Shown: positions 25,284 through 36,894 of the stretch, in pieces
Numbering within the stretch: position 1 is the stretch's first letter
Layout: each line of letters opens with the position of its first letter
From: Squalus acanthias
Taxonomy: Eukaryota
DNA: 64,000 nt
NCBI GenBank assembly: GCA_030390025.1
Contig: CM059432.1
Coordinates: forward strand, 86,492,001 to 86,556,000
Reading direction: 5' to 3'
Notes under the pieces: generated by a model
The model's input: only the letters and a program-made list of their open reading frames with translations
What the model was told of the DNA's origin: nothing
Database searches by the model: none
Made by a program: the position numbers and the translations under genes

Positions 25284-25397
25284 CTGATCACGGCTAGCTT
25301 CAATGGAGCTTCCTATGCCATGGAAAGTTATTTGCACAGGTGAAAGTGTCAGGTACGTCATACATTCTTTGCCGTTCTGCATATCACTGTATTGCAC
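25284..25397 (-). CDS. STAU2: Staufen homolog 2, next coding exon (114 nt, phase 0/0; dsRBD5-like part)
   Basis: Encodes VQYSDMQNGKECMTYLTLSPVQITFHGIGSSIEASRDQ, matching mammalian STAU2 VHYCDRQSGKECVTCLTLAPVQMTFHAIGSSIEASHDQ as I recall it. Acceptor ttcttctag, donor CAG|gtaacc, in frame with the upstream exon. Confidence 0.95.
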
Positions 25398-28109
25398 CTA
25401 GAAGAATAATGATACATAGTATAGAGAATGAAACTTGTGACCATATAAGTTGTATCATGCTTCAAATAAAATGTCATTACATTAGAGTCAGCATCAGCTT
25501 TGCAAAAATAAATCACTGTTTTATATATAGTTTTTAATTAAACAAATATAACTGCAATGTGAATTATATCAGTGTTAAAACAAACAGGGTTTGAGTGGTT
25601 TAGCCCAGCTGAAAGCAAAAGGATCTGATAGAAAATACTCTTGAGATGTTCCTACACATTACTGTTCTAACATTGGTATGAACTAATCAGCCCCTCAGCA
25701 TGTCATCAGTGATTATGGAAAATTCTCAATGAACTACAGGATTCTATTACTTCATTTGAGGCAATGCCTTTTTGAAGGCCCAAAAATACAGGTAAAGTAT
25801 GCGGTTATTAGTAAATATCATATTTGTAACTAGAATGTTTGTTATATTAAGCACATGGAGCAAAAAAATAATAATTTTGAATAGACTGCATGAAACTGGT
25901 CAAATAGCAATAATCAAAAAACTTCTCAATATATTGCACTGGAGAATTGAGCATAGACAGTTCATAGGTAGGACTTGGCAGACTCATTTTTCAATCCAAC
26001 TATCTATACAAAATTCCCTGATACAGTGCACAGTTTAATGATTGAATATTTAACAGTAAATTTATTTGTGGTCATGTCTGTGGAAGGGAGGATAGATGTT
26101 GACTATTGGCTAAAATCTTACTTTGTCTTTGTAGATGTTTCACATTTTTGTAAACGGAAAAGCTTTTTCATTCCAGTGTTTTGTGTAGGTGGTAATGTCT
26201 CCAATAGGCCTTTTGTTCTATTATTTAATCACACACTCTTTAGACTGTTTACTCTCACTCTGTATTTCATCCAACTGCTATACAAAATAAGTGGAGTTCT
26301 ATCATGCTGTAAAGGATATGGGATTACATATTGGAGTCAAAAATTAATCTTGACAAGATTAAAACTGTTTGAGCTGTCCATCAATATGTAAATACTGTGC
26401 ATGTTTCACAGCAGTGAAATGAGGCATTGCTTTCATACTGATCACATGCTACAGAAACTTATATCTTCATTGACAGGAGGAACTTGCTACAATTACAGAA
26501 TTGTTTTTTAGGGTAACATGTCCATTTACAAAGTGTTCTTTATTTGTAATAGAATGCTTATAGTGCACTAAAGTTGTGGTACAGAAATAGTGGACCGAAG
26601 TCCAAATCTTGACCTCCAGTACTATTTTTGAGACTTCCAAAGAATTCCGAGAGATAATACATACACACCTTTGATCTACTTAATTTCATACTTTCAGTTT
26701 AGTTATATGTTCTGTACATAATCTTAAACCTCAGGGCCAAATTGTAAATTGTTCCTAAAAATTGCCATCACTGCAGTACGCATTACATCATATTCTAAGG
26801 ACCTAATTAATTGATCAAGAATTATGCTGTCATCTAAAATGGTTGTTGACTGCAGAGCGATCTCTCCTACATCAGACATAGTGAATTTGTGCACCATTAC
26901 TCTATAGATTACATGTTAAAGGGAAATCCGGTAAAAAGGAAATCTAGTGAACATGGACAAGCTCAGGTATAGGTAGCACTTCACTACTGCTCAAACATGA
27001 ACAGGAATAGAATGGGGAGCTGGAAAATAAAATATTTCAATTTATGAATTTATTTTCTATTACTACTGTTCACATTTCTCTACTTCCATCATTCTGTGTC
27101 ACCCACCATTTCCCAGTTCCCATAGTTGTGGAAAAGAAATGATAAGCCTAAGTTCAAATCCCGACCTCTAAAGAATTCTGAGAGATGATACCCACAAACT
27201 TTTACTAAGTTAATTTCATACTTACAGTTTAGTTATACGTTCTGTATACACAATCGTAAGCTTCGGGGCATATTGTAAACTGTTCCTAACAATACCCTCC
27301 CTAAAAAGCCAAATCTCCATTTTGTACTAACATCTGATATCTCAATTAATAGTGTAATCACCCTGCCCCTTACCACTACAAGTGTAAAGGTTACAGAATA
27401 GTGCTACTGCCCAAACTTCCACTTTTAAGATCAAAATGAATCTCATGAGCAAACATTTTAAGGAGAAAAAAACTGAAATCTGCTAATAATTTAATAGCTC
27501 ATCCCAGTACAAAGAGCACTGTTACTGTGATTTCAAGACAATATCAAAAAGGTTTGCAGATAACAGCTGCATACTAGGCAATAAAGTGAAACCTGGGCTG
27601 AAACTTTGTAATTTACAGGACTTACAAATGCAACAGTGAGAGACCACCACTATTTAAATGAGGGATAACTTTCAAACCTTTCAACCTATTGGCCCCATTA
27701 AGAGAGTTTATAGTAAAAAAAAATACATCATTTAAGCATTGCTGGCTGATCGAATTAAAAATCTTAATTGTTTTTCACTTTTTAATGTCATCTCTTGTCA
27801 GTATCATACACAGTACTGTATATTAAAATTCTATTGAAATTAAAACAATAAAGTAAGATGTTTTGAATACCAAAAGATTGTATCAAATGTATTCAAAATA
27901 ATGACTCCTACCAAAATTGGAGCCATTTGAGCATAAAACACTCATTGTAAAGGCACGGAAGTTTTCTGCTTTAAATGCTTAAACCTAAGGTAACCAAAGG
28001 CAACAGATTGCAACATATTGAACATTTTCAGGGTCATTCACTTTTGCTCCATTAATCCTTTGTGATGGGTTTCCAATCCCTTTTAATTTTCTCCCCTCTT
28101 GCCCCAATT

Positions 28110-28330
28110 TATGATGGCCATGATTTTAGCTGTGTAGAAGCTACACTCGGAAATTCCCTCCCTAAACCACTCCGCCTCTCCATAAAACCTACCTCTTTGA
28201 CGAAGCTTTTAGTCACCCCTCCTAATATCTCCTTCTCTGGCTCGGTGTCAGTTTTATCTGATTATACTTCTACGAAGCACCTTGGAATGTTTTTCTATGT
28301 CCCAGGCACTATACAAATGCAAGTTTTAGT
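28110..28330 (+). mobile_element. L2 LINE 3' tail remnant
   Basis: GGAAATTCCCTCCCTAAACC...ATACAAATGCAAG, similar to 49080-49270. Confidence 0.7.
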
Positions 28331-28689
28331 TGGTACAGTTTCACAGATGCTCTCCAGTATCCCTCTCAAGTGGTTATTCTTCATGTATGAGACTAGTTGC
28401 TTCACTGCAATGGTGATCCTATTCCAGTATGTAGCAGTTTGTATAGTCCTGTTGCAAGCTTTATCAAGTAGATATCTCAACAATCATCAATAACAGTTGA
28501 TAATGCTTTATTTATGTGACATGACAGTGGCAGGTAGTGGCAGCTTTGGAAATGGCAGTGGTGACCTTGGGAACAATGGCGGCAGCATGAGTACACAAGT
28601 GGAAGTGAAGTAATGCATTGGAAGACAGTGGTCCCTTTAAGGTTATTTTTCCTCTAGTTTACAGCTGTTATTATTATAAAGTAATAGTG

Positions 28690-30150
28690 CAGCAGAGCAC
28701 ATCGGGAGAGCGGGGCATTTAAACACAGGGGGAACCCGGCGGCAGAGGCAGTGCAGCAGAACAGAGACCAAAGCAGAGGCGGAGAAAAATTTCAAAGAAT
28801 TACGTCATATCTAAATCAACACAGAGGGAGGAGCAGCAGAATCCGAGGGGGTTTATATAGGTTAAGTATCTATATACTTGTGTATATACTATACTATGCT
28901 TGTGTGTTTAGTATTTTTAGCATCTGATCAATTAGTTGAAGAATCGGAGAGCCCGGAGATGAGGGAGCATGAGCATCAGGGAGAGGTAAAAACACCTAAA
29001 GTGACATTAGCACAAGGGAAGGAGCTGATTGGTGCGTAGCTGGTGAGTGTTTCTTTTTTTCAGATCAGATCAGGGACAAGTCTTAAGTTTATTTATGATA
29101 AGTTTATATAGTAGTCTAATAAATAGAGGTATTTAATTTTTTTTCCAGTGTTTTAGTGCTTAGTGTAAGTTAGTGTGTAAAAAAAAAGAAAAAAACTTAA
29201 GTAGATAAAATAATATAATTAATCTAGACTAAAGATATGGAGAGCAGTATGTGCGAGTTTGTGGACAGCGTGACTGTCCCGAGTGAGCACGTCTACAGTA
29301 GATGTCTCCACCTTGAATCTCTCCGGCTGGAGTGCGAGTTGGAGACATTCCGACATATAAGGGAGGGGGAGCTGTATGTGCACAGTTTTCTCCAGACTTC
29401 GGTCACACCTCGTAGAGAGGTGCAGGTTCAGAATGGGATTGGTGTAAACAATAGTGTGCAGAGTAAGGGGAACCCAGGTGAGATAGAGAACGAGGATCCA
29501 CAGAAACTGATCCTATTCAACAGGTACACTGTAATTGCTACCTGAGAGGATAAGGATAAAGATTGTTGGAAGAACAGACAGAATGCGGACCATGGCACTT
29601 TGGATTAGGAGGCTGTCCTAAGGGGGAGGAGGAGGAGAGGAAGCGTAATGTGGTAGTTGTAGGGATTCAATAATTAGGGGGACAGATAGCATCCTTTGTA
29701 AGCAAGATTGAGAGTCCCACATGGTGTGTTGCCTACCTGGTGCCAGGGTGAGGGACATCTCGAACCGGCTTGAAAGGATATTGGAGATGGAGGGGGAGGA
29801 TCCAGTCGTTGTGGTCCATGTTAGGACCAGCAACATAGGGAAGAGTAGGCAAGATGTCCTGTTTGGAGAGTACCAGGAACTAGGAGCTAAATTAAAGAAC
29901 AGGACCTCAAGGGTTATAATCTCTGGATTATTACCTGAGCCATGTGCAAATTGGCGTAGGGATAAGCAGATTAGGGAGGTGAACACGTGGCTGAAGGAGT
30001 GGTGTGGCAAAGAGGGGTTCCATTGGGGCACTGGCACCAGTATTGGGACAGGAAAGAACTGTACCGTTGGAACGGGCTCCACCTGAACCGGTCTGCGACC
30101 AGGGTCCTAGCGGAAAGGATAAATAGGACGGTCACAAGCACTTAAACTAA
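28690..30150 (+). mobile_element. CR1 LINE 5' portion (5' UTR and ORF1)
   Basis: Contains the disrupted CR1 ORF1. The 5' boundary is approximate. Confidence 0.75.
29237..30150 (+). pseudogene. CR1 ORF1 remnant (zinc finger/coiled coil plus SGNH esterase domain)
   Basis: VVVGDSIIRG, VCCLPGARVRDI, PVVVVHV, VIISGLLPEP, HLN motifs with stops and frameshifts. Confidence 0.85.
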
Positions 30151-30157
30151 TAAATGA

Positions 30158-30670
30158 GGGGGGAGTTTTGTGGCGGCTCTATGGCGTTGCACCCCAATCT
30201 CCTTCACCCGGAGATCGTGACATCATCGGCGTGCGCATCGCCCCGGACCCGAAATTGACTTCCACCCCCTGCAGCAACGCCGGGCGAAAACACCAACAGC
30301 TGCAGGAGGCGTGCATCAGTCAGCCGGCCACTTCGGGGGCGAGGTTGCCGAGGTAAGTGAAAAAAAACGTACCTTTCTTGTTCCGCTTTTTTCCTTCCCG
30401 CGTTCGATCAGCCTGGCACACGGCTTGAGTGCTGGGCTGATTGCGCGGGATCGCGGCTGCCTTGGTGGTCCAGGTAGGTACTCTTTATATTGCAGAGCCT
30501 GCAGCGATGGCCCTTCCCTTTAAGGGAGGGAAGGAGCCTTTGAACATGGCAGCACTGCACGGCCCAGTGTGCAGCGCTGCTGAAGTCTCCGCCCCGCCTG
30601 CGCTCCAAGAATGAAGTGGAGCACTTGATTTAGCGCTCCACTTCCTTCTTGGAGCACAAAACCGAATTTT
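30158..30670. mobile_element. GC-rich non-autonomous DNA transposon fragment related to 12377-13017
   Basis: CpG-rich, ends AACCGAATTTT and shares CCCTTCCC.TTAA.GGGAGGG and GGATCGCGGCTG motifs. Confidence 0.55.
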
Positions 30671-30729
30671 TTTTTTTTTTTATAGCTTGGCACTAATTTT
30701 CCAAACTTTTAAAATTTAGCACGCAAACA

Positions 30730-32458
30730 GGGCTATAATAAATTTCTCCACCAGATACTATAATCAACAATAAGGAAATGGCAGGCTTGTTAAATGAGTA
30801 CTTTGTATTCATCTTCACAGTCGAGGAAAAGGATAAAATACCAGTGATGCAAGGGAAATTAAAATAAGTCAAGGGGAGGAACTTATTGGATTTAATATAA
30901 GTAAAAAAAATGGCAATGGAAAAAATTGACTTAGGAAGACAAATCTCCAGGCTCTGATGTTTTCCACCCCAAGGTATTAAAATAAATAGGTGAGGAAATT
31001 GCAGGTGCATTAGTCATAACTTTCCAAAGCAGTCGATTCAGGAGTTGCATCGTTGGATTGGAAAATTGCAAATGTCACTCCATTATTTAAAAAGGGAGCG
31101 AGAGAGAGAATCCAGAACTGTCAGTCTAATGTTAGTTGCAGGGAAGTTACTGGAATCTGTCATCAGGAACAGAGTGACTGAGCACATGGACAAGTATGAG
31201 CTGATCAAAGACAGCATGGATTTATAAAGGGTAGATCATGTCTGACTAACCTCGTTGAATTTTTTGAGGTGGATAAGTGAGTGTCTATGGATGTTATCTA
31301 TAGACTTCCTTTGATAAGGTTTCGCACAAGAGATTATCAGCAAAAATGAAAGCGCACAGAATTTGAGGCAACCTTGCAATATGGGTTGGTAATTGGTTAG
31401 AAGGTAGGAAATAGAATAGGGATAAAGGGGAACGTACGTAACGTATTGGCGGCATGTGACAACTAATATTCTCCAGGGATCTGTACTAGGGCTTCAGCTT
31501 TACACCATATGTTAATGACTTGGATAAAGGAATAGAGAGTTGTATATCCAAGTTTGCAGATTACACGGAGTTAGGTGGCATAGTAAGTTATGTAGATGAG
31601 AGCAGGAATTTACAAAAAAAAGTTACAACAGGATAGACAGATTAAATGAGTGGACAAAACTGTGGCAAATGGAATTCAATGTGGGGAAGTATGCGATCAT
31701 TCATATTGGATCCAAGAAAGGCAAATCGGAAGATTTTCTTAATGGTGAGAAACTATGAACTGTGAAGGACCAAAGGGATTTGGCTGTCCAATTACACAAA
31801 TCAATAAAAGCTAGTGGGCAGGTACAAAAAGCAATCAAAAAAGTTAATGGAATATAGCCTTTACTCAAGGGGGCTGGAGAACAAAGTGTAGGAAATTATG
31901 CTTCAGTTGCACAGAGCCTTGGTCAGACTCCATCTTGAGTGCTGCATTCAGTTCTAGGCACCGTGCCTCAGGAAAGATATATTGGCCTTGGAAGGGCACA
32001 GCGCAGATTCACTGGAATGATACTGGGACTTACAAGGGTTGAATTATAATTACAGGTTGCATAAACTTGGCTTGTATTCCCTTGCGTTTAAAAGGTTCAG
32101 GGGTAATCTATTCAAGGTGTTTAAAATAGCAAAAGGATTCAATAGGGTAGATAAAGAAAAACTATTTTGTTTGGTGGCACAATCCAGCATAAGGGGGCAT
32201 AATCTTAAAATTACAGCTAGGCCATTCAGGAGTGGAATCAGGAAGTACTTTTTCCACACAAAAGGTAGTGGAAATATGAAACTATCTGCCTAAAAGGCTG
32301 TGGGTTAATTGAAATTTTCAATAGATTTTTATTAAGTAAGGGTATCAAGGGATAGGGATCAAAGGCGGGTAAATGGAATTGAAGTACAGATCAGTCATGA
32401 TCTAACTGAATGGCAGAACAGGCTCAAGCGGCTGAATGGCCTACTCCTGTTCCTATGC
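30730..32458 (+). mobile_element. Heavily decayed CR1 ORF2 and 3' end
   Basis: GKLLESVIR, SCLTNL, KFAD and RLHKLGLYSL remnants and the typical 3' hairpin GAATGGCCTACTCCTGTTCCTATG. Confidence 0.85.
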
Positions 32459-32563
32459 TCAGCTCCTTCCTTCAGCATTGACAGCAGCAGGGGGAAACTC
32501 TGAAATCTGTCCATAAGTCAACTTCTACTGCCATTGCCAGGGTGATATTGGCAAAAATCCCAG

Positions 32564-33641
32564 TGGTAATATTACCCGTAATTAGTGCCAGTAAGGAAAT
32601 TAATCCTAGTTTAAATGGTTACGATTTCCCCCTCCACCCCGCCCCTCCATCCCCTCCCCGAGTAGGAAAATTCCATTTCCTCTGATTGGGGAGCAGTGAT
32701 GAAGTGGTCATCAATTTTAAAATTGTCACTATGAGTGAGGAGAGAAATTAGGAGAAATTTATTTGTGTAGAGATTCATTAGAGCATGTAATGTTGCATCA
32801 CAGGGAGTATGGACCATTGCATAAATATTGAAAGCAGAGGAAGATACAGGGCTGTGGGAAGAAAGCAGAGCAGTGGAATTATTTTTGGATTGCTCTAGCA
32901 AAGATGAGCTGAATGGTCTCCTTCTGTGCTGTAAACATCTATAGTTTTATATACAAACTTATAGTCCTTCATCCTTCCCTAACTAAATAGTGAGAAATCC
33001 TTTTAAATTTGGGGTAATTTTCACACTCTCACTGGACGGTCCGCAGAGGTGACTAGATAGCCATCAAAGTGGGAATGCTGGTTGATTGTTTTTCCCTCTT
33101 GCTAAAACAGGGGTGATAAAGCCAGTTTCAGCATTCCAACTCCTGCCCTGATGGAGATCAGCTAACTCACCACAGATCAGGAACAAAGAGCCAGTACACG
33201 TAGATAAAGCCATTAAAAAGGCCAACGGCATTTGGATTTTATATATAGCGGCATAGAGTACAAGAGTACAGAATTATTGATAAATCTGTACAAAACATTG
33301 GTTAGGCCACAGTTAGAATACTGTGTGGAGCTTTGGGAACCCCATTATAGAAAGGACATGAACGCCATGTTTTGATAACGTGAATAGAGAAAGACCATTT
33401 ACTGAGCTGAATGGGCACCTGCAGAGTTCTAAGGTTCAATGTTGCCATTTCATTTCAGTTAGTACATTTTAGGTAACAAATATGTACTAACGGACTCTTT
33501 TTCAGTTGCAAAATCCCAGACACACATTTTTAAAAATCAGACTTCTCTAAGTCACACAGACCAGAAGTAACAATGGTAATATTACCCGTAATTAGTGCCA
33601 GTAAGGAAATTAATCCTAGTCTAAATGGTTATGATTTCCCC
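32564..33641 (+). repeat. 68-bp direct repeat (32564-32631 and 33574-33641)
   Basis: TGGTAATATTACCCGTAATTAG...GATTTCCCC occurs twice with 2 mismatches. Confidence 0.95.
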
Positions 33642-33918
33642 TGTTCAAGTGGAAATAGTCCCGTATCTCAAGTCTCTTCTCATAACTACAGTTTCCTATC
33701 CCTGGCATCATCCTGGTGAATCTACGTTGTATGCTCCTCATGGCGTTCATGTCCTTTCTATAATGGGGTTCCCAAAGCTCCACACAGTATTCTAACTGTG
33801 GCCTAACCAATATTTTGTACAGATTTATCAATAATTCTGTACTCTTGTACTCTGTGCCGCTATATATGAAATCCAAATGCCGTTGGCCTTTTTAATGGCT
33901 TTATCTACGTGTACTGGC
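33190..33918. repeat. 180-bp inverted duplication of CR1-derived sequence (33190-33369 and 33739-33918)
   Basis: Arms are reverse complements with 3 mismatches by eye, spacer 369 nt. Confidence 0.95.
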
Positions 33919-34230
33919 ACTTTCAGAGAATTAGGTATTTGGATCCTAAAGCATCCATCCATTGAGTGTATACTCCCATACATTGCTTTTTCTCCCAAAT
34001 TATATTACCTCACATTTTCCGTCATTAAATTGCATTTGCCACTTGACTGCCCATTTCGCTAAACTGACTACATCCTCCCAAAGTCTTTTGCAGTCCTCCT
34101 TGCATTTTGCCAAAACCCCCTACTTTGTACAATCAGTACAAATTTTGAGATTGTGCTCTCCAAACCCAAGTCCAAATCATCTCTATACACTGAAAACAAA
34201 AGTGGATCCAGTACTGATCCAGGGTTACAC
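33645..34230 (-). mobile_element. Old CR1 fragment
   Basis: LYKILVRPQLEYCVELW, IQRRFTRMMPG. Confidence 0.8.
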
Positions 34231-35503
34231 TCCTTCTAACCCTTCTCCTGTTCTCCCTTCTTGAACAAAGATGATACATTGACTATTCTCCAGTCAGTCC
34301 CAAGACAAAATAATTTGCATATTTAGGGAAGATTGAAAAATTGTGACAGTAGCCTTTCTGATATCTGTGATGCCTGTATTTTACGATATGAACAAGGTGT
34401 GATATTTTTACTTTGAGGCAGTCATTTGAGCTATTGCTACAGTACATTTGCTGCATTACAGCAATGAACAAACTGCTGTCATGTTTGGGCTGAAGGACCA
34501 CATTAAATATCTGAAACTGCACTTCATGTTCCAGAGCAAAGCGATGGAAGCATTGATGGCAAGGATACATAATAATGACAGAATTCACCCTTTTGTGTAG
34601 AGGTTCACAATTTAAAAAAAGGTTATTAATAAAAAGACACTTCAAGCCAGATGCGTGCGTTTGGTTGCTAACAGAGATCTGGGGCATCCTTCTACCCCCA
34701 ACTCTACAAAGAGTACAGATTCCAAAAAACTTAAACATTAAGCCATTTCCTGCAATGCTGGAGTTCCTTGATGTGTGTGGGACCACTAAATTTAGTATTT
34801 TACTAATCTCAGCAGGACACAGACTAACATCATGTCCATCAGACATTTCTAGTGGTCAACCCCCTGTGGACCTTCCCAAGGAGAGCGTGAAAAATATCCA
34901 CAATTTAAAAGGATTTCTTACTAGATCATTAGGAAAGGATAAAGGACTACACATTTGTAAGTGATATATTACCCAATCATCATGTCAAAAAAACATGTGT
35001 TTGATACAAATACTCTTCATAGGGTCTCAACTAGTTATATACTGTGAAACAATTTATAAGACTTGACACTAATTGTTTGTCCTCTAATAGCACAAACTAG
35101 TTGCACCCCAGACCTACTATCTTTAACCTCTTTCCAGTTAAAAGATTGAAAGGTTTTAAATAGTGGGCTGTCCCAACGAATAGTTTTTGCTCGTGCAAAT
35201 TGACATTTGGCTAGAATAAAATTATTTTTCAAGAAGTACAGTGACATTTTTTGATGCATGTTGTTAGTCACTCAACATTCAATTAATTTCAGATTATGTT
35301 ATCAATAATGTTGTTTGTTATTGAGAATGCTTTTTATGGAAATGGCTCTAAATTAGAAGAAAAAAATAATCTTTACTGGACCATACAGTAGTGTCTTCCT
35401 ATGCATTCCTTCATTTCTAGTATTGCCACCATACCAAATCCACCACTATCTGCTGCTGTCATTCCACCCAAATAAAGCCAGTTATCAATATACTGAACAC
35501 ATT

Positions 35504-36669
35504 GGGGTAGATTTTCCGATTGGGTATTAGCCATTATTAACACCCGCCTGAATATTAGCATGCTGATCTCTCCTGATCTTGATTTACATAGTTTGGGCAA
35601 GCTCCAGGCCCATATCGGGCCTGTCACTGGGGTATCATTTGTAAGGATCCCTTAGAAGGCTGCTTACAAGGGATAATGAGTGAATTTAAAGGGATATGGA
35701 AACTTAAATGTAAGGGGCAACTATGGGGATAAAATGTTTTTAGCCTTTACAAATGCAGCTGATGTTTTGTTGACATGTTTCAGTCTTTGCAAAGGCTGTT
35801 CAGATAACAAAAATGACAGGCACAACCCAGTGGCTGGCACAATATACAGAGACAGGAACCAACACTGGCCATGTGATAACTCTTCAACCCTGTTTGATGG
35901 CTGGTGAAGTGGAGGTAGGGCAGAATGAAATGATAGTGAAGTCAGCTCTGTTTGCCATTCTAGGACATCCTCCTCATAGAACATTGCAGCATGCTTGTAA
36001 CGAGGCAAAGTTAGATGAGTTCAGAGAGCACCTGATCTACGTAGTCAGTTACGCACGGTCATTACAAGACTGTTACAAGATCAGTGGAAACTTGCCTCTA
36101 AATGTGGGTGGGAAGGTACTGACAGGTGGGAGCTGTCTGCCTCTGATGAAGCCCTGCCTGGCATTCATGCATTGCTCTTCCTCTTCCTCCAAAAAAACCC
36201 ACAAGTAAAATAGGGATACCCATTGTCCAAATTTCACAGGTGTACCGAAAAAATGGCATTGTCACAACACCTGGTACAAAGCCCCATGGCCAGCTAAGTG
36301 AAATCAGGGAAGAGACCAAAAAAAGTGCACAAAAAAGGTTCAGAAGTAGCATGAAAATGCCACTATACATCTGATTATTGGGCTAAATGCACATCAGTAA
36401 ACAAGACACCTTAGCAGCTCTGGACAGCGAACTTATATAGGCAGATAGATGACTGATTACTCTGTCGGTATAAACGTTGAAAATTGTGTGGATGCCTAAA
36501 CCTGGTCAAATAGGCCTGCATTTCAGGAATCAGTAGAAAATCTGATTGCCAAACTGGATAGGCACTAAATTGGCAGAAATCTAGGGTAATGGTTCTCCAT
36601 CCATTTTTTCAACCAGTTGCATTCATTTTATACCCTTTAATCAGATGTAACCGACCAGAAAATCTTCCC
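35504..36669. mobile_element. Old non-autonomous Harbinger-type element
   Basis: Imperfect TIRs GGGTAGATTTTCCG and GGGAAGATTTTCTG (rc). Confidence 0.5.
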
Positions 36670-36894
36670 TGTTACATTAACTGCTACGGAGGTGTTGATG
36701 CCTGTTGAGATATCTACAGTTATGATAATTATATTTTTGTCTTAACCTTCAGATTTTTAACCTGAAAGTGAATCAAAGAAAAATCTTCTGTCTGACCTAA
36801 TTTTAAACTGCTTCACTTGTGTTAGTATCACACACGGCTTTTTTATATTTTAAAAGATTAGAACACAACTTGGACAATATCCTTTACCTACAAT

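Noticed and set aside
25975..26391. 138-aa plus-strand ORF
   Set aside because: Non-ATG start, AT-rich, antisense to STAU2, no recognisable motif.
34283..34964. 187-aa and 129-aa overlapping ORFs
   Set aside because: No recognisable domain or splice context. I could not assign them, and chance or an unrecognised old repeat is likely.
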